This document shows, piece after piece, positions 39,726 through 53,739 of a stretch of 64,000 nucleotides of DNA. Within the stretch, counting starts at the first letter, position 1. Each line of letters begins with the position of its first letter. The translations under genes and the position numbers were made by a program. The notes below the pieces were generated by a model, which saw only the letters and a program-made list of their open reading frames with translations, did not search any database and was not told the DNA's origin. The DNA comes from Octopus sinensis (lineage: Eukaryota): assembly GCF_006345805.1 (NCBI RefSeq), contig NC_043009.1, forward strand, positions 58,280,001 to 58,344,000, in the 5' to 3' direction.

Positions 39726-40694
39726 CAAGCAGTCACCATTGCATACCAGCTACTGATGTTATCCAAGAGAAAGTCAACAGCCGATATATCTTTGCAACAA
39801 TCACGATGCAACTCCTTTCTAACGCTGAGCGAAATGGAATAATCTAAAGTATAGTTTGTTGCACAAGAACACAAGACACAACCCTGTCCGAAAATCAAGT
39901 TCACATCCTCATGTTTGTGAGCCGGACGCTCTAATCACTAAGCCATACGCCTTTACACACACGCACACACACATATGTATGTATGTATGTACGAACGTGC
40001 GTGTGAGTGTGTGTGTGTTTGTCTTTGGTTGTATAAAAATAAGTATGCAGTATTCCATCTGCATTCGTGTATATGCATAGGGGAGTGTGAAGACGTGGTG
40101 TCTTTTGGTGAGGACATGAGAAACACAATGGTAATTTCACATAGTTCGTTGACAACTCGAGTTCAGCCCTTCGTTCATGGCTGGTCTCGTGTACTTTTTC
40201 TGAAAACGAATAACAGCTCCACGTGCTATTGCTCGGTTAAGACTGACAGACATGCCTCCTATTCAATATATATGTGTGTATGCCTGTATGTGATGACAAG
40301 CTGTGCTTTCTCTGTCACCTATACGTCGCCGACGCTTTATGAGCTTGGAGGTTGGTGACAGACATGAATATCCGTCTGTGCTTATTGGTGCCCGCTTGCA
40401 TGTTTTTTCATACCTATGTTTGAATATACTCTACGTATCTATGTATGTGCATACACACACAATCACACGTGCACGCACACACACACACAAACACACACTC
40501 AGAAACACACATATATATGTCAGTATATATATATATATATACATATAAGAATCAATGAATAGTTATACATTCACCTCTCGCCCTCTCGCCTACTGTAAGT
40601 CTGTTTCTTTCACTTTCTCGCTATATACGCATATACATACATACATACGCTACCCACCTAATATATACACACACACATACACACACATACACAC

Positions 40695-40741
<47 letters not shown>

Positions 40742-40794
40742 CATACATAAACACACATATATATATATTTTTATATATATATATATATATATAA

Positions 40795-40950
40795 AGTTGA
40801 TCCAAACATGAAAACACAAAAACGCGAGGACGTGGAACAAGTATACTGTTATTGGACGCTCAGTAAATGAAAGAAAGAAGGAGGATTTAACGTTTCGAGT
40901 GGAGCTCTTCGTCAGAATCATAGAAAAAGGAAAGATCTTAGGAAGGGAAG
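40795..40950 (-). mobile_element. TA-adjacent short element type II (Penelope-like terminal remnant)
   Basis: Begins right after (TA)n; homologous to 48836-49050 (tccaa.catgaaaacaca..aacgcgaggacgtggaacaagtata.tgttattggacgc). Confidence 0.6.
40884..40919 (-). ncRNA. Minimal type I hammerhead ribozyme motif
   Basis: Minus strand: GATT CTGACGA A GAG-ctcca-CTC GAAA CG TTA AATC; canonical CUGANGA and GAAA, paired stems I and II, palindromic AACGUU in place of stem III. Confidence 0.6.
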
Positions 40951-41062
40951 AGAGATGTAAAAAACTGTCAACGATTCATACGCGATCACATATATGTGCG
41001 TATACATGTATATATATATGTTTATGTATACATGATATATACGTATATAATATATATATATC

Positions 41063-41123
<61 letters not shown>

Positions 41124-41544
41124 ATATATATATATATATGTATATAATATTTGTACTATGTATGTACATTTTCATCTACGTATATCTGTGTGTACGTAGG
41201 TGTGTGCGTGTGATTATGTGTACACACAGATGCATAAAGTTGCTCCATTGTTCTTTACGTGCATAAACAAACTATGTACGTGTACAGTGTAGACTGGCGA
41301 TTAACTCTTTACTGTTTTATGTGGGAAAGCAAGTCACTGCGTGTTTCAATCCATATTATTTTAACGCTCAGATCATTGTGATGGTATCAGCATTCTGCAG
41401 TTTACTTGTATCAGGTTCAGGGAGGGCTCTCGAAACTGTGGATTATCAGGTGTGAAATCTTGTTTTAGACGTATTGGACCAAACAATACCTGTGCGTATG
41501 CATTCACTGAAACAGTCATTCATATATCTATCTGCCCAGCAATA

Positions 41545-41849
41545 GTTATGTATGTACGTATGTAGTATGTATGTATGTATGTATGTATGTATGTATGTAC
41601 GTATGTATGTATGTATGTATGTATGTATGTATGTATGTATGTATGTATGTATGTATGCATGTATGTATGCATGTATTTATGTATGCATGTATGTATGTAT
41701 GTATTTATGTGTGTATGTATGTATGAATGTATGTATGTGTGTATGTATGTATGAATGTATGTATATATGTATGTGTGTATCTATATATCTATCTATCTAT
41801 CTATATATATATCTATCTATCGATCGATCTATCTATCTATCTATCTATC

Positions 41850-41902
<53 letters not shown>

Positions 41903-41921
41903 CCTACCTACCTACCTATCA

Positions 41922-41959
<38 letters not shown>

Positions 41960-42090
41960 ATCTATCTATCTATCTATCTATCTATCTAGTCTGTCTCTGT
42001 CTATCAATCTGTGTGCGTATGTATGTATGTATGTATGTATGTATATATGTATGTTTGTATGTATGTATGTATGTATGTTTGTATGTATGT
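41545..42090. repeat. Compound (TATG)n-(TATC)n-(TATG)n microsatellite
   Basis: Read directly. Confidence 0.95.
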
Positions 42091-42679
42091 GCGTTTATGT
42101 AGACACATTGCTAGGTACGTACTCATATTCATAGACACCTTAATATACGCTTCCATATATGTACACACATAAACTTTCCCTCTCTTTAGTTAACTGAATA
42201 TCCTTCTAAACACCCCGTTTCCCCTTTCCACTTCCTTTTCCTTTTTCTTTCTTCCATTAAATCTCACCTGTACTTCCCACTTTTTACTTGCAAACGCACA
42301 CATACACACACATACACGAATACACACTCCTAACCACATTTCTCGAATTTCAAGACATTCGAACGTATTCGTACAAACACACACATACGCACACACATAC
42401 ATACACACAGCCTCACATATGCATATTTACGAACATGGCAGAATCGTCAAGAGTATATATATTTCGATATGTATGGGTTCATAAATCGTGATGAAGCTGT
42501 GAACACATCACCATTGAAGAAATCATACGTGCTTCGGAGCTTAAGGTTCACTTGAAGCCATTATACATTCTTATAGTTATACAGTTATCGATATTATGAA
42601 ACAATATTATGTCATTCGTCGTGATGTCATGAAACTTTTCGCTGTTCGTTTTCGACATTCTGAACTTCATAGAAATACC

Positions 42680-42860
42680 TGTGGCTATGTGTTAAGAAGC
42701 TTGTTTCGCAACCACATGCTTGCGGGTTCAGTTCCACAGCGTGATCCTTCGGCCACGCGTCTTGTGCTGTATCCTCAGACTTATTCCTGTGCTTGTATTC
42801 CGGCAAGACAGACCGTAGTATAAGTACATGTCTTAAATAAGAATAAAAACTTACATAAGA
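42680..42860 (+). mobile_element. Degenerate family A-like SINE head
   Basis: gtggctatgtgttaagaagcttg..caaccacatg..gggttcagttccacagcgtg. Confidence 0.6.
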
Positions 42861-42950
42861 ATAAAAACAGGTTGTGCTCCAGTTTGGTCGCAGTCCAATG
42901 AGTGAAGTATGCAATAGATATTTGTACATATATATGTAAGTTTATATATG

Positions 42951-43337
42951 GGCGCAGGAGTAGCTGTGGGGTAAGTAGCTTGCTTACCAACCACATGGTT
43001 CCGGGTTCATTCCCGCTGCGTGGCGCCTCGGGCAAGTGTTTTCTACTATAGCCTCGGGCCGACCAAAGCCTTGTGAGTGGATTTGGTAGACGGAAACTGA
43101 AAGAAGCCCATCGTATATTTGTATATATATATATATATTTATGTATGTGTGTGCGTTTGTGTGTCTGTGATTTTTCCCCCAACATCGCTTGACAACCGAT
43201 GCAGTTCGGCAGAAGTGACCGATAGAATAAGTACTAAGCTTCCAAAGAATAAGTCATGGGGTTGATTTGCTCGACTAAAGGCCGTGCTCCAGCATGGCCA
43301 CGGTCAAATGACTGGAACAAGTAAAAGAGTAAAAGAG
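42951..43337 (+). mobile_element. SINE family A, full length (reference copy)
   Basis: tRNA-like head ggcgcaggagtagctgtggggtaagtagcttgc..ggttccgggttca, internal (TA)/(TG) tract, 3' end cagcatggccacggtcaaatgactggaacaagtaaaagagtaaaagag. Confidence 0.93.
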
Positions 43338-43645
43338 AGAGAGAGTATAACTAGGATAGGACAAAGGAGGAGTAAAATACAATAAGATTACTATGAACTT
43401 ACCTATGATTACTAACACTTTATAGTATTTTACTCCACCTTTGACCTATCTTAATTCCGTAAATAGCTATTATTTTCCTAACCTCTCTACATAGGAATAT
43501 CCGATCAAATATCCCTTTTATTTTCAATTTTGGTCATTTATTTATCGTTCGATGGCTCTACACGCAACATGACAAGACGTTCACCATATTCAACTTTTCC
43601 TTCTTCTTTTCTTGTCCCTTGTTTATATTTATTTATTTTCCACAC

Positions 43646-43691
<46 letters not shown>

Positions 43692-43711
43692 CATACATAC
43701 ACCATATATAT

Positions 43712-43774
<63 letters not shown>

Positions 43775-43799
43775 CTACATACATACACAACATATTATA

Positions 43800-43843
<44 letters not shown>

Positions 43844-44465
43844 ATATATATATATATGCATAGTTATATACATTTATACATACACAGGCACAGACACACA
43901 ACACACCTCAAACGTGTGTGTCAATGTAATCCTTATATCTTACTTATGACTGCAAGTTGATGTAGCACTACCGATTCCATTGCATCAGTTTTTTATAACG
44001 TTCACTATACTGCAGTTCTTCCTTCCTCGTTTCTTGAGACGCCTTTCATATTCGCTAGAATTTCCAAATTATGGTATTGAATCAATTTCTGAAATGAACC
44101 GTGGTAGTGTACCCCCTTTCCGTAGCCAGTATCACCGGTATTCGCCGTTTCATTATGACTTTTTTTTCTACAACCTTACATTTGGTTTCAAGTCACGCTG
44201 GAACTAAATTCTACACATTTATAACTTCAATGACCCAGGAATTGAACTCGCGAACACTAGTTAAACCACTACAATTAATCGACATTTAAATTCACTATCC
44301 CATTGTCTCGTAGGACAATAATGTATTGAAAGCACACAATTTTATGGATGTATTTTTAATGGTTTTCGTTAATTAAAGTCTTCTAGTATAGTGCTCGGCT
44401 CTGTGTGTGTATGTATGTATGTATGTATAAGTGTATGTATGTATGTATGTATGTATGTATGTATG

Positions 44466-44496
<31 letters not shown>

Positions 44497-44762
44497 GCAT
44501 GTATGTATGTATGAATGTTATTATGAATGTATGTACGAATGTAAGTGTATGTATGTATGTATGTATTTATGTATGTGTGTATGAATGGACGAACGTATGC
44601 ATATGAGCATGAGTATGTTTGCGTGTATCATATTCTACATACATGCATCTACACATATAATACATACGCTATATTATATAAAACATACACACAGATATAT
44701 ACACATACATAAGCCAGCACCACAGATATATACATTCACACACAACACCACAGTATGCATGC

Positions 44763-44816
<54 letters not shown>

Positions 44817-44871
44817 TGTATATATATATGTAATTATATATATATATATTTATTATATATATATTACACAC

Positions 44872-44917
<46 letters not shown>

Positions 44918-45768
44918 GACATATATATATATATATATAATATATATAATATGGACATATATATATATATATATATCTATATATCTTATATATATATATA
45001 TGTATATATATATGTATGGATATATATATATATATATATCTGTGGTGTGTGTGTATGTATGTATGCGTATGTATGTAGTCTGCTTCATTTTAATTGCGTA
45101 TTCGTGCATCTATACCTTTGTACACCTATGCGAGTGTGTGTTTGTGTAGAAACACTGATGCGGTTGCGTATGTGTGCTTAAATGTTTGTGGCGTCGAATA
45201 CACAAGAGCATCCATCAATAGAGTATTAACACTCATATACTTTATTTGATATAAAATGCAATATATGTGATTTTTATCTAGGACATAAGCGACGTCAACA
45301 AAAACGATAACCGGGAAACGCTTGCAATCCTAGACATTGAACGGTAATAAAATTTCGAGATAAATATTGATTTAAATATTGATTTAAATTAACTAATCCC
45401 AAAATAGACTATATTACTTAATTAATTGATTGATTTCATATGAGAATATAGATTTAATATTCCTTTGAAATGATGTTTATTTTCATGTAAATTACTTACT
45501 AGGGAATACATGCTGTCTATCATACTCTTTGCCACTTCCTCTCTTTTTCTCTCTCTCCGCCTTTCTCTCATGCTTTCTCCCCCCACCCCTATCTGTCTTT
45601 GTCTGTCTGTCTGTCTGTTTGTCTCTCTTTCTCACTTACTTTACTCACATAAACACAAAGAGGCAGACACATACACTCACATATATTTGTGTGTGTACAT
45701 GTTTGTGTATAAAATAATATACAAATGTATATTCCTCTTGATGTATGTATCAATATGTGTGTGTGTGT

Positions 45769-45807
<39 letters not shown>

Positions 45808-46082
45808 GTGTGTGTGTGAGTGAGAGTATGTGTTCGTGTATTCACTTACAATCAGTATTTGAACAAATTAATGGAAACATCATTTTCATTTAACTATCTT
45901 TTCTGTTGCCTATGTGACATATTCAAAACTATTCTGGTTTGTATATTTGTACATGTATGTTCATAAGCATTATGTATGCCTTGTATTTCCTGATGTAGCC
46001 CTTCGCTTCATCTTTTTGTTCTTGCATATACATATATACATACATACCTACATACTATACATACCTACATACTATACATACA

Positions 46083-46118
<36 letters not shown>

Positions 46119-47754
46119 TCATAGGTACACTAATATATAGTTGGGAAAGTTAACATATGTGTGATCTGTCTAATTTCCAAAAACAACAAATTGTTGGGAC
46201 TGACCTAGTGTTATGTAGGGTATCAGAAGTTAGCAATGGCCCAATACGATTTCCTCTTATGAATCATCATTCATCTGTTTTTCTCAGTTTAAGGCGATTT
46301 TGTATCTGGAGTCAGCACAAACATACCTTCAACCTGTAAAGCATGTCAGAATTGACTATGCAGATCACGGTATTCCGTTGGCACTTTAAATAGTCTACAC
46401 GGCAGAAATAACGACCAAAATTTTAAGAGGTTTTCGTCTGACCATATCCCTCTTTTGACATGCCATTGAGTGCACAATATTTTGATAATTCACACAATAT
46501 TTCCACATCAGCAAAACCTGTTCTTTCACAACAGATACTCAAACAAAACAGAGAGGAATGTGTGTTGAGGATGAGTCTGTTCATGTTTGTGAGAAATGTA
46601 ATTAAAGTGTGAAATATAACAATTAATGAGCAAAATAATAAATATATGAAGATTGCATGGCCGAATTATTGAAAGGAAAAATACTGTAGCAAGTCACTAG
46701 AAATTAGCTGTTGAACTATCTGAAATATAGCGTTAATGAGTGTATCAGTTACGAAATCTTTTCCATGATCATTTGCTATCTACAACAAACGCAGCTCCAT
46801 CACGAAGACGGGACTGAAAAGGACATCAAATTCCAATTGATATAAAAATTTGAACTTAGATATCCCTGTTGACAACTATAGCATTCACATAGGCATATAC
46901 CTTAATTCTTCAAACAACTATTTTGTGATCCGAGTTTAATTTCTAGTTTCACATGATACAAGCTTGAAGAACAAGATAAGGAAGAGTCAAATATATATGT
47001 AAAGTTCTTTTTGTTCTACTTTCACTTTCATACTTTCATTTGCTCCCTGCATCATAGTTGTAAAATACTAGAATTTTCATCAGGAATTAATTGATGTACG
47101 CACATTCGAGCAAACCTAATGCAAAACAATAGAATAGACTCATGCCATCCATTCATACTTGTGAAAAGTTCATTAATTTTTAAGAAGAATCTCTAAATTA
47201 TCAATATTTTATATAAGCTAGTAGAATGATAATGCTATATATATCACTAGCTTCATACATTCAATCATCTGGTTCACACCTATATCTTAAAGCATTGTCA
47301 AATATTACTAAACTGTTCTGGCCTTAATTGATAAGTTCTTTCTCTCATCAATCAACTCCAAAAGAAGCATTTTAATTTAAACAGCCATAACTTGCAGTTT
47401 CAGCTTTTCTCTAAACATGGATATACTTATAGCAAGTAAACCAATGAAATTAGGTGAGGTTAAGTGCACAGTATGAAACATAAATTACTGGCCACTAAAT
47501 AATTCTTGCGATGCTGTAATGAACATGTTTGACGCAGTAAACACATTTAACAAGTGGGTTCTTAAGGTAGTGTGTAAGCAATTTGTCGGATTAAACGTAT
47601 TTTAAAAATAATTTTCCGTTACATTTTTTCTTTCAGAAAATATCAAAAAAGAGAAGGTACGAAAATCCTTTGTTGCACTTGAATTTTGAAAGGACGGATC
47701 ATTGATTTGAATATGAAGTGGAAATCCATTGAGCGATACAGAAATTATAAGTAC

Positions 47755-48076
47755 GGGCACACAATCATGAAGTGGTGAGTTTGATCCCTGGACTACGCAG
47801 TGTATTGTGTTCTTGAGCAAGATACTTTAATTCATGTTGCTCCAGTTCACTCAGCTGTAGAGATGAGGTGCAACGCCACTGATGTCAAGCTGTATTGGCT
47901 TTTGCCTTCCCCTTGGATAACATATGTAGCGTGGAGAGGAGAGGCTGGTCTGCATGGGCGACTTGCTGGTCTTCCATAAATAACCTTGCCCGAAAATTTC
48001 CTCGGAAGCGAAGTTTCTAGGTGCAATACCATGGTCATTCATGGCCGAAGAGGACCTTTACCTTACCTTTACCTAC
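47755..48076 (+). mobile_element. SINE family D with (TTTACC)n tail
   Basis: B-box-like gagtttgatccc, then ttgtgttcttgagcaagatacttt..gttgctccagttcactcagctgtag; ends acctttaccttacctttacc. Confidence 0.75.
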
Positions 48077-48515
48077 GTTTCTTACTTAAAAGATACATTC
48101 TCTGAATACAGAATCGGAGTTTCACATAATGCTTCCACTGTCATAAGTACTTCCTGCGTGATTAGACAAACACGGTTTTAAATGACTTATTTGGATCGTC
48201 TGGTATCTTCAATCTCATGTTTTCTGACATAATAGTACGGATGAATGGCAGTCCCCACTCCCCTCACATAATATTTAAGCGTAATGAGCTATACACCTTT
48301 GAGTACCAAACGTTGTTTCGAATACAATTTGATTATTCGATGTATTTGTTGGCTGAAGAGATTTTAGTTACAGTTAATTAGTATGCATCTACAATTATCC
48401 TTACATTGCACAAAAATATACTGTTTTCTCTCCATGTAAAAGGATTTTACCTATTTTCATATATATATATATATATATATGTGGTGTGTGTGTGAGTGTG
48501 TGTGTGTAACTATAT

Positions 48516-48567
<52 letters not shown>

Positions 48568-48568
<1 letters not shown>

Positions 48569-48750
48569 GGGGGAGTTCCGAAAAAACAAATGACGAAGAC
48601 AGGTGGTGTACAAAACAAACATATGTATTAGTATAACGCCCCTGAATAGAAAAAGTCTTTAACGTTTCGAGCCTACGCTCTTCCACAGAAAGGAACACAG
48701 AAAGAAACAAGAGAGAAACAAGGAGAGAAAATGTGGTGTAGTGGCTATAC
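48568..48750 (-). mobile_element. TA-flanked short element type I with hammerhead-like motif (48657-48692, core CUGUGGA)
   Basis: Homologous to 39573-39725; minus strand CTTT CTGTGGA A GAGC-gtag-GCTC GAAA CG TT AAAG. Confidence 0.6.
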
Positions 48751-48755
48751 ATACA

Positions 48756-48835
<80 letters not shown>

Positions 48836-48841
<6 letters not shown>

Positions 48842-49050
48842 ATCCAACATGAAAACACAAGAGAAAACACAACGCGAGGACGTGGAACAAGTATAGTGTT
48901 ATTGGACGCCCAGGAAAGGAAAGAATGAAGGATTATTTAATGTTTCGAGCGGAGCACTTCGTCAGAAACATAGGAAAAGGAAAGATCCAGGGAGGGGAAG
49001 ACGGAGGAAAAAAATCGCCAAAGGTACACACGTGGTCACATTTTAAATGG
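48836..49050 (-). mobile_element. TA-adjacent short element type II with degenerate hammerhead motif
   Basis: Homologous to 40795-40950; minus strand CTGACGA AGTGCTCCGCTC GAAA CATTA (stem II mismatch). Confidence 0.6.
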
Positions 49051-49667
49051 TGGACAACTATGCTAATAATATGTATATATATATATGATAACAATAACAC
49101 AAACACAGACATGCATGCACACAAGACACACGCCACCCCTGCCGCTTGCAACACACACACACATACACACACAAATGGTGTTCCTAACTAGAGCAACTCA
49201 TCTCTCAACACCGTTACGAAAACATTTATGTTTAATGAGGACATTCTATGAATATCAACAGACTTGCAGGTTATTCAGACAGTTTCTAACGGGCATCTGA
49301 TTAATTTGAACAGAGAGCGGAATGTAAAAAAAAAAACCCCAGATAACACGAGGCCTTTCGCCTGATGTTCTAACATTTCTGCTTAAATACACAGCCAGGT
49401 AATGAAGACTTATCGAACTCAGTGGACGAAAGTTCTTTTTAGTAGAATTCGAGATGTTTCTCTCCAGAAATAGAAGCAACTTGCATTTAATGCAAAGTAA
49501 ACAAGTTTATTTATTTTGCATTACGCAGCTAAAATCATAGCCATATAAAAGAAGGTATACGTTACAATCTACCACAAATGCCTACATACATACACACATA
49601 CATAAAATGTAATCTCTCTCTCTCTCTCTCTTTCTGTATATATATATATATATATATATAAATAAAA

Positions 49668-49871
49668 GGCGTGGTGGGAGATTCGTTTGCACATCGGGCG
49701 AATTTCTTAGTGCTATTTCGTCTGTCTTTACGTTCTAAGTTCAAATTCTGCTGAGGTCGACTTTGCGTATTTTCACTCGATAAACACTCACAACGCCCGG
49801 TCTGAGGATCGAAACCGTGATCGTATGACTGCGAGTCCACTGCACTAACCAATGGGCCATTGCGCCTCCAC
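49668..49871. mobile_element. Fused truncated SINEs: family B 5' part (+, 49668-49769) and family C head (-, 49770-49871)
   Basis: B sequence stops at gtcgactttgcgt and runs straight into the reverse-complement C head. Confidence 0.75.
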
Positions 49872-49985
49872 ACCGTATATGTATTTTAAATATGTAGGTG
49901 TGCGTGTATGCTGTTATAAAGATATGAATAAATTTATGAATATACGTAGATAAAAAGCACACAGCAGAAACGTATATATATGTAA

Positions 49986-50035
<50 letters not shown>

Positions 50036-50064
50036 ATATCTATATATATATATATATATATATC

Positions 50065-50119
<55 letters not shown>

Positions 50120-50120
<1 letters not shown>

Positions 50121-50503
50121 TAGCAGTATCGCCCGGCGTTGCTCAGGTTTGTAAGGGAAATAACTATAAGGCATTTTTAGAGAGTTATAGCCAAAAAATA
50201 GCAAAAAAATGGGAAAAAAATGATGGTAAATTTTTTTTTGAGTTAAAAAAGGTCGAGTTGCGTCCCCTAGACCGTCTGTGGTTTGTATTTCTCATTGTCG
50301 ACCCCATGTCGAATTTATCGATTTTTTTCAGAACTGGGGGAACTTTTCAAAATTTTCGGTGCGTTAGTATTGAATTATGACATTGGGCTATGTGTGTGTC
50401 AAGTTTCATCAGAATCGGTTGAAAGCCGTGGCCAGGGTGAGGGTACAAGCAAACAGACACACAGAAACACGCACAGATAAACTGCCGTTTATATATAGAG
50501 AGA
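50120..50503 (-). mobile_element. Non-autonomous Helitron-like element
   Basis: Minus strand A|TCTCTCTATATATAAACGGCAG start and ..aaacctgagcaacgccgggcgatactgCTAG|T end; the 3' ~110 bp match 3369-3991. Confidence 0.85.
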
Positions 50504-50762
50504 TATATAAGCATTTACGTATATACATATATATATATATATGTTTATGTGTGTGTGTGTGTGTGTATGAATAATTGTTCCTGCTCTTGTATTAAGCATG
50601 AATATTTGGCTGTACATATATTAATTTATTCAGCTATACACTTTCCTTTCATGTGTCTTACCCCTTTGCTCTCTCTCTCTCTCTCTCTTTATATATATAT
50701 AATTTATTCAATTCAACTGTATATATATATATATATAGATAGATAGATAGATAGATAGATAT

Positions 50763-50836
<74 letters not shown>

Positions 50837-50928
50837 GCATAGATACATAGATAGATATATAGATAGATACATATATAGATAGATACATATAGTATAATCA
50901 TTTGTATGTGTTCCCACTCTCTCTCCTA

Positions 50929-50980
<52 letters not shown>

Positions 50981-51394
50981 GTGTAGTCCTCGAAAAATTA
51001 ATTTTCCTAACAGCTTGCTACAATTACATTTATTTTATTACTTTGCATTCCTCTAAATCGATTATCTATCAATATAATTATTGACTTGCGATTTCATATT
51101 TCGAGTATAATTGATTTCTTCTACTTCCGCAACAGACTCACTATCAACTCAGATGATGTGTTCATATCAATGCCGAAGGGTTAAAGTTCGAATTCTGTTT
51201 GTCTGAGCTCGTAAGCTGTGTTCTGTCGACACACTCGGGTGCCCTTCTACTCATTCTATTACCTCCTCCACCACCACCACCACCACTACCACCGCCACCT
51301 CATCCTCCTCCTGTTTTATCAAATACTCTCTCCCCTCCTCCTCCCTCTTTTACCATCATGTTAGATAATCTTTTATTTCTACAAGGCACGTGGT

Positions 51395-51575
51395 CGGAAA
51401 TTTTGAGGGGAGAGAGCTCCGCGATTCCAGAGCTTAACTGGTATTTATTTCATGGTCCCCGATAGAATAAAAGGCAAAGACAACTTCGACAGAATTTGAA
51501 CTCAGAACGAAATGACGGGCTAAACGGAGATAAGCACTTTGTCCTACATGCTAACGATCCTGCCAATTCGCAGCA
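51395..51575 (-). mobile_element. SINE family B, degenerate
   Basis: aactggtatttatt..aaaaggcaaagac..gaatttgaactcagaacg..tgctaacgatcctgcca. Confidence 0.7.
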
Positions 51576-51650
51576 TTTATGATAATAACAACAACAACAA
51601 CAACAACAATAATCATAATAATAATCATAATAATAATAATCATAATAATA

Positions 51651-51691
<41 letters not shown>

Positions 51692-51692
<1 letters not shown>

Positions 51693-52052
51693 TCAGTAAA
51701 TATAATGACTTACTAATAGAAATTGAAAAATGTGGCATCCCAAGGCGACTACAGTACCAGTGATTGTAGGATCTCCAGGAATGATAAAAAAAATGCGTTG
51801 ATACCTATTTGAAAATGATACCAGGCTTACCATCCCTACAGGAAGTGTTAACTGGAACGACTCATGTACGGAGAAGAGCATTATCGCTGTGAAAACAACA
51901 TCCATTCATGAATTTATTTATTTGTCAATTTTTTAAATACATATTTTTCCTGTGAAATTGCGTGTGTAATCTGGGAATGCAAAAAATGAGCTTCTCTGCC
52001 CTAGGTGTACGGAAAATATTCGGCCAGAAACGGAAAAAAATTTGAAGAGGGA
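51692..52052 (+). mobile_element. R4/Dong-clade 3' fragment embedded in (AAT)n
   Basis: With frameshifts reads ISKYNDLLIEIEK/WHPKATTVPVIVGSPGMIKK/DTYLKMIPGLPSLQEVLTGTTHVRRRALSL* (stop 51890-51892), then a 3'UTR and (AAT)n. Confidence 0.85.
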
Positions 52053-52062
52053 AATAATAATC

Positions 52063-52120
<58 letters not shown>

Positions 52121-52125
52121 TAATA

Positions 52126-52410
52126 AAGAGCATTGTCGATGTAAAAGAGCATCGTCGATGTAAAAGAGCATTGTCGATGTGAGAACTGTTGGTAAGAGCA
52201 TTGTCGATGTGAGAACTGTTGCTCACGTATTGAGAAGAGCATTGCCGATGTGAGAACTGTTGCTGCTCATGTATTTTAATTTAACTTAAAAAAAAAATGA
52301 ACGAACTACTGAGTTTGGTTTAATGGCCTACCAATGTATACTATGAGTTTCTTTGCCCTAGGAGTCGGGAATACACTCGGCAAGAAATGGAAGCAAATTT
52401 GAAAGAAGAA
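52126..52410 (+). mobile_element. Second R4/Dong 3' end with five staggered AAGAGCATTGTCGATGT repeats
   Basis: Repeats at 52126, 52145, 52164, 52194 and 52235 encode the terminal RALSM*; the 3'UTR (ctttgccctagg..cggcaagaaatggaagcaaatttgaaag) is homologous to 51985-52050. Confidence 0.75.
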
Positions 52411-52435
52411 AATAATAATAATAATAATAATAATA

Positions 52436-52490
<55 letters not shown>

Positions 52491-52837
52491 TGGTAACATG
52501 CGTGTTTGGATAATTCGCCTTTGGAAACATGGCTGTTTCGTTCAACATCATTAAGCAAGGCTTATTCAGGGACCTTTTGAGCATATCGGCTACTCGACAT
52601 GAAGGAAATTTTAACTAGGCCACACTTGTAAGGACATGCGCTGTTTATCTTGATATGTGATCACCCTATCACGCACATATGTTTTTGGTGCGTGTGCCTG
52701 GTGTACCCTTATTAATCATGATGGGTATACTGGGTTTCGTATATTAATAATGATAATAATATAATAATAATAATATAATAATAATAATATAATAATAATA
52801 ATATATTAATATTAATATTATAATAATAATAATAATA

Positions 52838-52904
<67 letters not shown>

Positions 52905-52907
<3 letters not shown>

Positions 52908-53112
52908 CCGTTCTGCTATAGGCGCAAGACCGGAAATTTGGGGTCAAGGTAATAGTCAATTTCATTTAGTGCAGCACTTTTAACTGTTGCTTATCTTATG
53001 AACCCGAAAGGATGACTGACAAAACCAACGTCTGCGAAATTTGAACCCAGATTGTAAAGACGGACCAAATACCGTCAAACCTTTTTGCCCGATGTGCTAA
53101 AGATTTTGCTAG
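52905..53112 (-). mobile_element. SINE family B with (ATT)n tail
   Basis: taatccgttctgctataggcgcaagaccggaaattt..cccgaaaggatga..aaatttgaacccaga..gctagctcacc. Confidence 0.75.
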
Positions 53113-53739
53113 CTCACCATCTTATCTTCTTCAATAATGTCTAAGCTACTTTTTCTTCATAAATTTGCTTCTCGCTTTTCAAAATAATTTCTCTTCCGTA
53201 AGTGTGGTTTTAGTTGATCAATCTTAGTTTAACCTTGAAAGAGCAAGACTGTGCTCAGTGATGCTCTAAACATTCCCTTCCTGTTTTTGAGCAAATTGAA
53301 GCCTTCAATGTGGCCTTCCATTCTTAAGAAGCCTCAGTTCAATTTGAGGTAATGTTGCTGCTATTGAAAGCACGCAAATCAACCGTTTAGAGGCTCATTC
53401 ATTTCTTTAGGCCTTCCCATTTATACCATTTGGCGGCTGTTTGATCTGAATATAAACTATATTCAGTTTACCGTTTTGGAGAACCTACCAAGATGGAGCT
53501 ATGACCAATACCAATGCTAATAGCGCCCACATTGTCACGATCTAATGCGTCAGTAACGAGTAAACTTCTACTCCGTGGTTGGACTTGCTAGAAATAACAG
53601 CCGAAGCACTCTAAATCAAACATTAGCAGCTTAAATGCGTTATTTGTATGTGCTACGAAAAATAATGCGATAACTACGCCACTACAACCACCACCACCGA
53701 CCACCACAGCCGCCGCTGTATTCCTACTTCTGCCACAAA

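Noticed and set aside
52126-52265. CRISPR-like repeat array
   Set aside because: Eukaryotic context, no cas genes, and the 'spacers' are nested extensions of one Dong 3' sequence.
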